64,000 nucleotides of DNA from Pseudomonadota bacterium (lineage in GTDB: Bacteria; Myxococcota; JACRCW01; JAFGSX01), in assembly GCA_043821645.1 (NCBI GenBank), contig JBDRCO010000101.1:10204-74203 (forward strand), given 5' to 3'. Under the pieces are notes generated by a model that made no database searches, was not told the origin of the DNA, and was given only the letters and a program-made list of their open reading frames with translations. Positions 9,846 to 18,760 of this stretch are shown piece after piece. A program made the translations under genes and the position numbers. Position 1 is the stretch's first letter. The number at the start of each line of letters is the position of its first letter.

Positions 9846-11471
9846 CTACAGAATGAAATCCGTCGACAGGAAGGCCGAGCGCCGGTGGCGCACGATGTCC
9901 GTCACCAGGGCCTTGTTGTCGTCGCTGACCTTGGCCGCCACCATGGTGCGGATGCCGAAGACGCGCAGCGCATCCGAGACCGAAAGCGTGCCCTCGGCCG
10001 AGTCCTTGCGGCCGGTGAAAGGGAACACGTCGGGGCCGCGCTGGCACTGGCTGTTGAGGTTGACGCGGCTCACCTGGTTGACCAGTGGATCGATGAGCTC
10101 CGCGATGGTCCCCGGGTCGCGGCCAAAGACGGACGCCTGCTGGCCATAGGGCGACTCAACCACCCAGCGCGTGGGTTCGCTGATGTCGTCGTACACCGCG
10201 ATGGGCACGGCCGGACCAAACTGCTCGACGTGGTGGAGCTTCATGGAAGCCGTCACAGGGTAGACCACCGCGGGGTGAAAGTAGCTGTGGTGCACGGTCC
10301 CGCCGCCCTCATTGAGGACGCGCGCGCCCTGGTTGGTGGCGTCCGCGACCAGCTCTGCCAGGTACGCGGGTTTGTGCGGATCGGGCAGCGGTGTGAGTTT
10401 GACTCCGTTTGTCCAGGGCACGCCGAAGGCCAGGGCGCCGACACTGGAGGCCAGGCGCCGGGCAAATTCCTCGGCGATGGAACGATGTACCCACATCAGC
10501 TTGAGGCCGGTGCAGCGCTGACCGTTGAAGGACAGCGCGCCGAGGGTGCATTCCTGGACGGCGACGTCGAGGTCGGCATCCGGCAGCACGATGGCGGGGT
10601 TCTTGGCGCCGAGGCCGAGCACGCTGCGCAGCCGGTGCGGCGCCGGGTGCTGGTCCTTCAAGATATCCGCCACCTTGCTCGAACCGATGAAGGCCAGGCA
10701 GTCAACCTTGCCCGACGTCATGAGCGGGCCGATCACGGTCGATCCATCGCCGTAGACGCTGTTGACCACACCTGCCGGGAAGGCGTCGCGGAAGCAGGCG
10801 AGCAGGGGTTGATTGAGCAGCACTCCGTATTTGGCGGGCTTGAACACCACCGTGTTGCCCATGATCAGCGCAGGTATGAGCGTGGTGAAGGTCTCGTTGA
10901 GCGGGTAGTTGTAGGGACCCATGCACAGCACCACGCCGAGGGGCGCGCGCCGGATCTGAGCCATCACGCCGTCGACGATCTCGAAGCGACTGCCCGAACG
11001 GTCGAGCTGCTTGCAGGCCTCGACGGTGTCTCGGATGTAAACCAGGGTGCGGTCGAACTCCTTGCATGAATCCGAGTAGCTCTTGCCGATCTCCCACATG
11101 AGGAGCCGCACCACCGTGGCGCGCTGCTCTTGCATGCGAAAAGCAAAATCCTCGACACAGGCAATGCGTTCGGACACCGAGAGGGTGGGCCAGCGACCGC
11201 GGCCGTGGTCGTAGGCGCGACAGGCAGCGTCGAGGGCACGCATCGAGGCCGCCGCATCCATCCTGGGGGTCGAACCCAGGTGGACCCGGGTATGCGCGTC
11301 GCCATCGCGCTGGCAGACCGCGGCGTAAACCGGCTCGGTGGCCCCCTCCCAGCGCTCGAGGACTCCATCGATCAAGATCTCGCGCTGCTCCAGGAGTGAC
11401 GGCAGGCGGTGCTCTTGCGGCACCTCGTTGGCACGGGGGAAGAGGTTCGCGATCTGCTCGGTGATGCTCAT
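9846..11471 (-). CDS. Aldehyde dehydrogenase family protein, non-phosphorylating GAPDH/GapN-like.
   Basis: ALDH-superfamily length. 'FKPAKYG', 'GSSKVADIL', 'FNGQRCTGLK' (catalytic Cys) and 'LGLGAKNPAIV'. AGGAG lies 8 nt upstream of the MSITEQ start. Confidence 0.8.
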   Translation of the reverse strand: MSITEQIANLFPRANEVPQEHRLPSLLEQREILIDGVLERWEGATEPVYAAVCQRDGDAHTRVHLGSTPRMDAAASMRALDAACRAYDHGRGRWPTLSVSERIACVEDFAFRMQEQRATVVRLLMWEIGKSYSDSCKEFDRTLVYIRDTVEACKQLDRSGSRFEIVDGVMAQIRRAPLGVVLCMGPYNYPLNETFTTLIPALIMGNTVVFKPAKYGVLLNQPLLACFRDAFPAGVVNSVYGDGSTVIGPLMTSGKVDCLAFIGSSKVADILKDQHPAPHRLRSVLGLGAKNPAIVLPDADLDVAVQECTLGALSFNGQRCTGLKLMWVHRSIAEEFARRLASSVGALAFGVPWTNGVKLTPLPDPHKPAYLAELVADATNQGARVLNEGGGTVHHSYFHPAVVYPVTASMKLHHVEQFGPAVPIAVYDDISEPTRWVVESPYGQQASVFGRDPGTIAELIDPLVNQVSRVNLNSQCQRGPDVFPFTGRKDSAEGTLSVSDALRVFGIRTMVAAKVSDDNKALVTDIVRHRRSAFLSTDFIL

Positions 11472-11628
11472 GGGCACTCCTGGCGGCTGCATCCTGCGGC
11501 CGGGGCCATTCTAGTCGCTGTCCCGGGGGTGGCGTCCACGGCAGCCAGGCCTGTGCCTGGACGCTTTCTCGATCCTGTGGGTCGCGTGCACATCGAGAGA
11601 GTGGTCGAGGCGCTTCTGGCGAGAGCTT

Positions 11629-12759
11629 TCAGTCCGGGTCGTGCCAGGTCAGGCTGAGCTCTTTGGCGAGTTCCAAACGGGTGCCATCGGCCAGGCGCTC
11701 CAGCCGGATCTCCCTGTCCTTAAGCTGGGTTCCGTTGGTGCTGGCCGTGTCCACCGCGAGCACGTCGTCACCATGGCGACAGACAAGCAGGTGCACGCGC
11801 GACAGGCGACTCTCCGGGTGATCGGTGATGCCCACGTCGCAGCGATCGTAGCGACCGAGCAGGATGCCTCGATCCAGGGCACGCTGACCCACCACGCGCT
11901 GGATGGCGTCTCGGTGTGTGCGGATCACCAGACGACCGGCCGGGAGCTCGTCGATGGCGCAGAGTTCCTGACCCACGGCCAAGGGGCCGGCCTTGGAGAC
12001 CACATGGGTGGTGTCCGCGTCGCCGAACGGACCGGGGCTGGCACGACGCCGCACCATCGGTCGCAGATCACCCGGTCCGCGTTCGTCGAAGAACACCCGC
12101 TCTGGGATGCAGGCGTAGGCATCTTCGGCGCTCTCGATGTCGGACTGGTCGTCGCGGGTGACCAGCAACATCAGGTCGACCTCGCCGAGACGCAAGAACA
12201 GGCTGCCCTCGGCGGCCAGGCCTCGCAGGACTCGACCGGTCTCGTCCGCGAAGCCCATCCCGGTGCGCAGGTCGATGAGACGAACACGGATCTCGTCGAC
12301 CTGTATGGCCTGCACCAGCACTGCGAGGTGGCGCAGGGACACATCGCTGTACGCGGTCGGGATGGCCAGGTCGCACATGCTGTGGCGCCCGATCAGGGCT
12401 CCGCGGGGCTTGTCTGACGTGGCCTTGAGCCACAGTTGCCCGAGCAGTTCACCGTCGCGAGCAAAAGCCATGGTCAGCACCCCGAGCTGGCGGTGGCAGC
12501 GCAGGGCCTGACGGATCAGGGCATACTCGCGCACGAACAGGGCGCGCGGGTCCATGGGCGCCGGGCTCGATAGTTGTCTGGCGAAGCTCTGCAGCGAGAC
12601 GACCGAGGTCGCACCGTTTCCAAACTCGTGCCGCGGATCCCGCAGAGCCACCCGGGTGTGGGACAGCGCCGGCAGGGCGAACATCCTGGCCACCAGATTG
12701 GGATCTGTGATCTCCCGCGCCATGTGCAATGCACCCCTGGGCGTTGTTGACGCCATCAT
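11629..12759 (-). CDS. Protein with two FHA (forkhead-associated) domains.
   Basis: Two FHA cores: 'LIGRHSMCDLAIP...SLRHLAVL' and 'LLGRYDRCDVGI...SRVHLLVCRHGDDVLAVDTASTNGTQL'. The exact start is uncertain (M at 12759, 12726 and others). Confidence 0.7.
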   Translation of the reverse strand: MMASTTPRGALHMAREITDPNLVARMFALPALSHTRVALRDPRHEFGNGATSVVSLQSFARQLSSPAPMDPRALFVREYALIRQALRCHRQLGVLTMAFARDGELLGQLWLKATSDKPRGALIGRHSMCDLAIPTAYSDVSLRHLAVLVQAIQVDEIRVRLIDLRTGMGFADETGRVLRGLAAEGSLFLRLGEVDLMLLVTRDDQSDIESAEDAYACIPERVFFDERGPGDLRPMVRRRASPGPFGDADTTHVVSKAGPLAVGQELCAIDELPAGRLVIRTHRDAIQRVVGQRALDRGILLGRYDRCDVGITDHPESRLSRVHLLVCRHGDDVLAVDTASTNGTQLKDREIRLERLADGTRLELAKELSLTWHDPD

Positions 12760-12831
12760 AGCACAGGTGGGCGGGCTCGGGCCTGGAGCCCACGACGAGC
12801 TGCGTCATGGATCGGGAGCAGGGCCTGGGTG

Positions 12832-13284
12832 TCAGCCCTCGGCGTCGAGGAACTCAAAGACCACGCTGCCGAACTCGAGGCGGTCGCCAGTGGCCAGGGA
12901 GCAGGAGTGAACGTGAAGGCCATTCAGCCGCATACCCGCCCGCGGCGAGAGATCGATGCAGAAATGGATCTGGTGTCTTTGTTCGAAGATCACATGCCGG
13001 GGTTCGAGGCCAGCTGCGGGGATGCGCAGGTCGGCACCCTCGGAATCTCCGATCACCAGCTTGTTGAATGTCCACTCGATATCCCGTGGAGCTCCTGGAC
13101 CCTGGACTTGCCGCAGCCGAGCAGGTCGGCTCAGGCGCTGGGGTTTGCGCACGCGCACGTCGATGACGTCGGTGGCCGGCTCCACCTCGGAAAAATCGTC
13201 GTCCCGTTCTTGGGGTGGGCCACCGTCTCCTGGCCACCTGTTTCCAGCCACCTTGGACTCCACTCCCGTGTTTCGCCACCACAC
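12832..13284 (-). CDS. Small FHA-domain protein, paralogue 1.
   Basis: C-terminal FHA domain 'LVIGDSEGADLRIP...PRHVIFEQRHQIHFCIDLSPRAGMRLNGLHVHSCSLATGDRLEFG'. Shares the 'RLRQVQGPGAPRD' motif with the adjacent paralogue. Confidence 0.6.
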   Translation of the reverse strand: MWWRNTGVESKVAGNRWPGDGGPPQERDDDFSEVEPATDVIDVRVRKPQRLSRPARLRQVQGPGAPRDIEWTFNKLVIGDSEGADLRIPAAGLEPRHVIFEQRHQIHFCIDLSPRAGMRLNGLHVHSCSLATGDRLEFGSVVFEFLDAEG

Positions 13285-13303
13285 CAGGACCCGTCTTCAC
13301 CCG

Positions 13304-13705
13304 CTAACCTGCACGCTCCTCGTACACGAAGGTCGCACTTCCAAACTGCAGCGAATCACCCGTCCGCAAAGTGCAGGAGTGCACCTGGACACCGTTGAGG
13401 AACATGCCGTGGCGGCTCTCGAGATCCGTACAGCGCACCTCCTCGCCTCGCTTCTCAAAGACCGCGTGACGGCGCGAAACATCGCGCGCTTTGATGGGAA
13501 TGTCTGTGTCTTCACCGCGGCCTACCACCGTGGAGTCCAGGATCAGGGCGAACTCTCGAGGGGCGCCGGGCCCGGACACCTGGCGTAACAGGGGGGGGCG
13601 CTGGAACTTGATGGGCGAGGTGATCTCCACAGCTTGGGGGTCGGTGACGACCTCCTCCTCGAATTCGATCCCGGGGCGCTTCGCGCGTCTTCGCTTGCTG
13701 GTCAT
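13304..13705 (-). CDS. Small FHA-domain protein, paralogue 2.
   Basis: FHA domain 'VVGRGEDTDIPIKARDVSRRHAVFEKRGEEVRCTDLESRHGMFLNGVQVHSCTLRTGDSLQFG'. The N-terminal 'PLLRQVSGPGAPRE' motif is conserved with the 12832..13284 gene. Confidence 0.65.
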   Translation of the reverse strand: MTSKRRRAKRPGIEFEEEVVTDPQAVEITSPIKFQRPPLLRQVSGPGAPREFALILDSTVVGRGEDTDIPIKARDVSRRHAVFEKRGEEVRCTDLESRHGMFLNGVQVHSCTLRTGDSLQFGSATFVYEERAG

Positions 13706-13774
13706 GGTCTCGCGATCACTCCACCATCCAGGCTAACCCGGGTCCCTGGGTGACGCGAATTCTTGGCCGCTGGA

Positions 13775-14977
13775 TCAGTGGGTATGACCATTCCCGAAAG
13801 GCGCGGAGGCAGGCTGGCGATGTGCCCCATCGATGAGCCGATACAGGACCGGGAACACCACCCCGGTGAGGATGGCCAGGACGACCAGAGCGCTGACGTC
13901 GGTCTGTCCGACCAGGCCGACACTGCGCCCGAGCACGGCGATGGCCACCATCAGGGTCAGGGGTGCGGACAGCAGACTCGCCGTCGACAGCATGTCGCGC
14001 ACAGAAAGACCCTGGCGCAGTAGCAGCAGGCTGGGAAGCAAGCGCACCGCGAAGGCCGCAACCAGCAACTCCCCTGCAAGCAACAGGCTGCGCAGAGACA
14101 CTGCGCGCACGTCGAAGCGAAGTCCCACCACGATGAAGAACAGGGGAATGAACAGGCCGTAGCCCACCACGGTCAGCTTCTCTTCGAGCACGCGCTTGCC
14201 ACGCAGCACGAAGGCGATGAGTGTGCCAGCCAGGAAGGCCCCGACGATGGCCTCGACCCCTGCCAGCAGAGCGAGGGCCGAGAAGGCCATCATCAGCACC
14301 AGGGCGGCCCGCACACCGATCTCGCTGCCATGCTCGGCCTCGACCAGGGCGCCGAACCGTTCCGGTTGCCACCAGGCCACGGCCATGAAGATGCGCAGGG
14401 TGCCGCCGGCGACGAGAAAGATGGCGGTGAGCCTGGCCAGGCCTGCGACCAGTTCGAAAGAAAAACCATGCCGTGCAGTGAGATCGAGCAGAGTCATCCC
14501 GACCAGGGTCAGGAACTCACCCACCGAGCCGACGAGCAGCACGGTCTGGCCCAGGTCGCTGCGCAGCCGACCGCTCTCCTTGAGCACGGCCACGGGAAGC
14601 CCGATGGAGGTGGCGCCCAGTGCCAGGCCGTACACCGGCGAGAGCTGGAGCAGCGAGGTGACGCCAAAAGCCAGTCCCATGATGCTCAGGCAGATGACCA
14701 CCACGCCGAGCAAGGCGCGTGGTCCCCTGCTTCGTACGCCGTTGAAGTCGATCTCCAGCCCGGCGAGGAACAGCAGCATCACGAAGCCAATCTCGTGCAG
14801 AAAGCTGACGACCTTGCTGTCGTGCAGGAGGTCTAGGGCCGCGGGCCCTGCCACAAGGCCATAGACAATGAGCAGCACGGCCGCAGGGACGCGCACCTTG
14901 CTGGAGACCAAGGGCATGAGCAACGAGCCCAACAGGAGCAGCAGGAAGGCCAGGACGTCGGCGTGGGCGACGTGCAT
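13775..14977 (-). CDS. Cation/proton antiporter (Na+/H+ exchanger, CPA family).
   Basis: A 400-aa polytopic membrane protein with about 11-12 hydrophobic helices and typical CPA-family composition (for example 'FLAGLEID', 'GATSIGLPVAVL'). Immediately follows the RCK/USP regulator gene. Confidence 0.75.
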   Translation of the reverse strand: MHVAHADVLAFLLLLLGSLLMPLVSSKVRVPAAVLLIVYGLVAGPAALDLLHDSKVVSFLHEIGFVMLLFLAGLEIDFNGVRSRGPRALLGVVVICLSIMGLAFGVTSLLQLSPVYGLALGATSIGLPVAVLKESGRLRSDLGQTVLLVGSVGEFLTLVGMTLLDLTARHGFSFELVAGLARLTAIFLVAGGTLRIFMAVAWWQPERFGALVEAEHGSEIGVRAALVLMMAFSALALLAGVEAIVGAFLAGTLIAFVLRGKRVLEEKLTVVGYGLFIPLFFIVVGLRFDVRAVSLRSLLLAGELLVAAFAVRLLPSLLLLRQGLSVRDMLSTASLLSAPLTLMVAIAVLGRSVGLVGQTDVSALVVLAILTGVVFPVLYRLIDGAHRQPASAPFGNGHTH

Positions 14978-16462
14978 TCAAGCTCCGCCGCGCATGGTGA
15001 GCACCAGCACCGAGCAGGGTGCCGCCCGGGCCACGCGCAGGGCCACGTCAGGGTCGGCGAAGCTGTCGCGACGACGGTGGTGGCGCGCCACGACCACCAG
15101 ATCGTGCTGCCGGGCTTCCAAGAGGATGTGGTGCACGGGGTTGCCCCAGCGATGACGGTAGTCGAGCGGGACCTCGTACAGCTCGCACAGACGCCTCACC
15201 GGCACCACCTCTTCGTGAAGGACGTCGTCCGTGAGACCCGAAAGGTACCGTGGCAGGTCGACGTTGACCGCGGTCAGCGTGGCGCCGAGCTGGCGGGTGA
15301 TGTCTATGGCAACCTCGGCGGCCGCGATGTTGAGCTTTGCGTAGGACACGGGGAGCAGGATGCGCCGGTAAGGGAAGCTGCCACGGGTGAACAGGAGCGG
15401 AGGCGGAAGGTCGTCGCAGAGTTCGGCGTCGCGCCCGCGCAGTCCGAGCATACTGGCCACGGGGTGGCGCATCTGGGGAGGTAGGAGTACCACGCCTGGT
15501 CGCTGGGCTTGAATCCGCGCCACGAAGCCCTCGGCATCCCGGGGCAGCAGGGCAAAACTGCGGCGCTCGACGTCGCTCTTGCAGACGGGGCGGGTCAGGG
15601 GCTCCTCGCCCGCGGGGAGCACGGCGGCTTGCTCTCCATCCGGTGTCCCGCGCACGATGGCGGTTGCACCGCAGGCGCAGGCCAGCTCCTCGGCCTCGGT
15701 GCCGAGCTTGTGGTCGCTGCCAGCGAACTCGAGGGTCACCACGTTGGGTCCGAAAGGGCGGGGGAACTGCGGCGTGCCCAGGCGCAGATACTCGGTGACC
15801 GTGGTGAGCACGGCCGGGTCGCCGACCAGCAGCACGCGATCGTCAACCTCGAGGGTGGTGTCGCCGGCGGGCACGATGAGTTCATCGCCCCTGAACACTG
15901 CAGCCACACGCCAGCTGTGCAGGGCCAGAGATCGCAGCGGCCTGTGCAGCACCGGGGACGATAGTGTGAGTCGGATCTCGACCAGCTCGCCACGGCCAAA
16001 ACCAATGCCGGAGGGAACCACCGCACCCTTGTGGTGCAGCACGGTCTCCACCTGCTCGGCGAGGAGCTGCGAGTGGTCCAGGGCTGTGATGCGTGCCTCG
16101 CGATAGCGCTCGACGGTGGTAGGGTCACGCATCAGCGCCACCACCGGGTCATAGCCCGCGCTCCGCGCCAGGCGGCCTGCCTCGAGGTTTTGCTCGTCGT
16201 CACCCGTGATGGTCACCAGGCCGCAGTGCCGCTCAGCGTGGTAAAGCGATTCGAGCACCAGCCGCGAGGTGCCGTCGCCGCGCACGCAGCGCACTCCGAT
16301 GGCCTCCTCGAGACCTTCCACACTGGCGTCGGGCTCCAACGGTGCACCCAGCATGGACAGGCAATCGACGCGGTGGTCCAACAGCAGCACTTGGTGACGC
16401 TCTCCCAGGCGCGCGGCCAGGGCGCGACCGACGTCTCCAGCGCCTACGATGACGACGCGCAT
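14978..16462 (-). CDS. TrkA-N (RCK NAD-binding), TrkA-C and universal stress protein (UspA) fusion regulator of the adjacent antiporter.
   Basis: N-terminal Rossmann 'MRVVIVGAGDVGRALAARL', a central TrkA-C-like region and a C-terminal USP-like domain ('...HDLVVVARHHRRRDSFADPDVALRVARAAPCSVLVL'). Abuts the antiporter gene at 14977/14978. Confidence 0.7.
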   Translation of the reverse strand: MRVVIVGAGDVGRALAARLGERHQVLLLDHRVDCLSMLGAPLEPDASVEGLEEAIGVRCVRGDGTSRLVLESLYHAERHCGLVTITGDDEQNLEAGRLARSAGYDPVVALMRDPTTVERYREARITALDHSQLLAEQVETVLHHKGAVVPSGIGFGRGELVEIRLTLSSPVLHRPLRSLALHSWRVAAVFRGDELIVPAGDTTLEVDDRVLLVGDPAVLTTVTEYLRLGTPQFPRPFGPNVVTLEFAGSDHKLGTEAEELACACGATAIVRGTPDGEQAAVLPAGEEPLTRPVCKSDVERRSFALLPRDAEGFVARIQAQRPGVVLLPPQMRHPVASMLGLRGRDAELCDDLPPPLLFTRGSFPYRRILLPVSYAKLNIAAAEVAIDITRQLGATLTAVNVDLPRYLSGLTDDVLHEEVVPVRRLCELYEVPLDYRHRWGNPVHHILLEARQHDLVVVARHHRRRDSFADPDVALRVARAAPCSVLVLTMRGGA

Positions 16463-16722
16463 CTCCAAGGGTGGACCTCCGCAGGCTGTAAGCATTCGGC
16501 CGAAGAATCCAACCTAGGGTATTGCCATCGGGCCAGCAAGCGAGGCACACGCCCGGTGCGACACCCACGTCGGCCAATGGCGGACACTGGCGCGGCCCCC
16601 CTGGCGTGCTAGCTTGCCGGTGCATTGACGCAGAAGCGTCGAGGAGGATCCACGTCTTGGCCAAGAGTTCCCGTTCGCGCGTTATACCCAAGGCGTCGGA
16701 CACCCTGCGTCGCTTCGTGCCC

Positions 16723-18594
16723 ATGTCCCTCGCCGAGCTGCGCGCACGCGACTGGGAAAAGCTCGATGTGCTGCTCATCAGTGGAGACGCGCATGTCGAT
16801 CACCCGGCCTTCGGCGTGCCCTTGCTTGCACGCCTGCTGATCGATCGTGGCTGGCGCGTGGGTATCGTGGCGCAACCGCCGTATCCAGGCAGCCAGGTCC
16901 ACGTCCAGGGTACCCGGGTGACCACCGCCGAGGCTGTTTCCGCGCTCCGCGTGCTCGGCACGCCTCGCCTGCTCGTGGGCATAGGCAGCGGTGTGGTGGA
17001 CAGCATGGTCAACAACTACACCGCCAACCGCCGTCGCCGCTCCGACGATAGCTACGCCCCAGGAGGGCAGGGCGGCTGGCGTCCCGACGAGGCCAGCCGG
17101 GTGTACGCCGAGCTGGCGAGGCAGGCCTTTCCCGAGTTGCCCATCGTGCTCGGCGGGGTCGAGGCCTCGCTGCGACGGCTGGCGCATTACGACTACTGGA
17201 AGAACACGGTTCGGCGAAGCCTGCTGTTCGACACCCCTGCGGACTTCCTGGTCCACGGTATGGGTGAGACCACGCTCGCTGCCATGGTCGAGGCGCTGGA
17301 TGCAGTCGAACGACAGGGATCGCTTTGGCAGGACGCGTCGCCGGCGATCCGGTCCCTGCGCGGGATCGCTTTTCGTGCTCATCGTGACGAAGTGGATGCC
17401 ATCGAGGCGCGTCGTGTGCTGCCCAGTTACTCGGAGCAACGCGCGGACCGCCGGAGCTTTGCCCGCACCGCTCGCCTGATCGAGCGCGAGGCCAATCCCT
17501 GGAGCGGACGCACTCTGGTGCAATGGCAAGGTCGCGACGCACAGCAACGTGAGGTCGCAGTGGTGGTCACACCGTCTGCCCTGCCTCTGACCACGGTGCA
17601 GCTCGATGCCATCTATGAACTACCCTTCACCCGCCAGGTGCACCCCAGCTATCTCGAACGCGCCCTGCGCGAGACCGAGGATCCAGCGGATGCCCGCAAG
17701 CGCGCTGGCATCCCGGCGCTGGAGACCGTGCGCCACTCCATCGTGGTCAACCGTGGCTGCTTTGGTGGCTGTTCCTTTTGCGGCCTCGGCCTGCACCAGG
17801 GCAAGACCATACAGTCGCGCTCGGTCGGGTCCGTGCTGCGCGAGATAGACACGCTGGCCAGCGACGAGGGCTTCACCGGTGTGATCAGCGATCTTGGTGG
17901 TCCCACGGCCAACATGTACGGGCTGAGGTGCCTGCGCCCTGACGTCGAGAAAAAGTGCATTCGGCCTTCGTGTCTGCACCCATCGATCTGTCGACACCTC
18001 GAAACCAACCACGCCGCGCAGATCGAGATGCTGCGTCGTGTGCGTCGCCACCCGCAGGTGAAGAAGGCCTTCATCGCCAGCGGTGTGCGCCACGATCTGG
18101 CGCTGCGCGATCCGCGGTACATCGATGTGCTGGCCGCGCACCACGTGGGCGGGCACCTCAAGGTGGCGCCAGAGCACGCCGACGACGTGGTGCTCGGCCT
18201 GATGCGCAAGCCGGCCTTCGCTCGCTTCGAGGAGTTCAAGCGGGCATTCGAGGAGCGCTCGACCGCCCACGGCAAGACGCAGTACCTCGTGCCCTACTTC
18301 ATCTCCTGTTTTCCTGGCACCACCCCCGAGCGCATGCAGACCGTGAATCGCTGGCTGGGGCGCGAGAACTGGCGCTTGCAGCAGGTGCAGGCCTTCATTC
18401 CTCTACCCATGACCATGGCCGCTGCCATGTACTGGTCGGGTTTGGACCCGTCGACTGGAAAAGAGGTGCATGTGCCGCGCAGCGAGCGGGAGCGCCGACA
18501 GCAGCAGGCCTTGTTGCAGCCGCACAAGAGCAAGCCCGGCCGGGGGCGCCTGACCAGGAGCAGACCCCCGAAGACGGACCCCCGGCGACGCTGA
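16723..18594 (+). CDS. ygiQ: YgiQ-family (UPF0313) radical SAM protein.
   Basis: N-terminal 'DVLLISGDAHVDHPAFG' characteristic of YgiQ. Radical-SAM cluster motif 'CFGGCSFC'. Length about 620 aa. A longer ORF from 16522 would add a non-conserved extension. Confidence 0.8.
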   Translation: MSLAELRARDWEKLDVLLISGDAHVDHPAFGVPLLARLLIDRGWRVGIVAQPPYPGSQVHVQGTRVTTAEAVSALRVLGTPRLLVGIGSGVVDSMVNNYTANRRRRSDDSYAPGGQGGWRPDEASRVYAELARQAFPELPIVLGGVEASLRRLAHYDYWKNTVRRSLLFDTPADFLVHGMGETTLAAMVEALDAVERQGSLWQDASPAIRSLRGIAFRAHRDEVDAIEARRVLPSYSEQRADRRSFARTARLIEREANPWSGRTLVQWQGRDAQQREVAVVVTPSALPLTTVQLDAIYELPFTRQVHPSYLERALRETEDPADARKRAGIPALETVRHSIVVNRGCFGGCSFCGLGLHQGKTIQSRSVGSVLREIDTLASDEGFTGVISDLGGPTANMYGLRCLRPDVEKKCIRPSCLHPSICRHLETNHAAQIEMLRRVRRHPQVKKAFIASGVRHDLALRDPRYIDVLAAHHVGGHLKVAPEHADDVVLGLMRKPAFARFEEFKRAFEERSTAHGKTQYLVPYFISCFPGTTPERMQTVNRWLGRENWRLQQVQAFIPLPMTMAAAMYWSGLDPSTGKEVHVPRSERERRQQQALLQPHKSKPGRGRLTRSRPPKTDPRRR

Positions 18595-18760
18595 GACCGG
18601 GCTCCATCCCGGGAGCTTGCGGTGGCCTGCCAGACTTCGGGTTCGTGGACCACCCGAGCGATCTCCATTGCGCGGAGGTCGAGGCAGGTCCGACCCTGGC
18701 TGTGAGCGGCCTGGTGTTGGCTGCGCTGCCGTACCGGGTTGCACTCATGCGGAGAAACAC

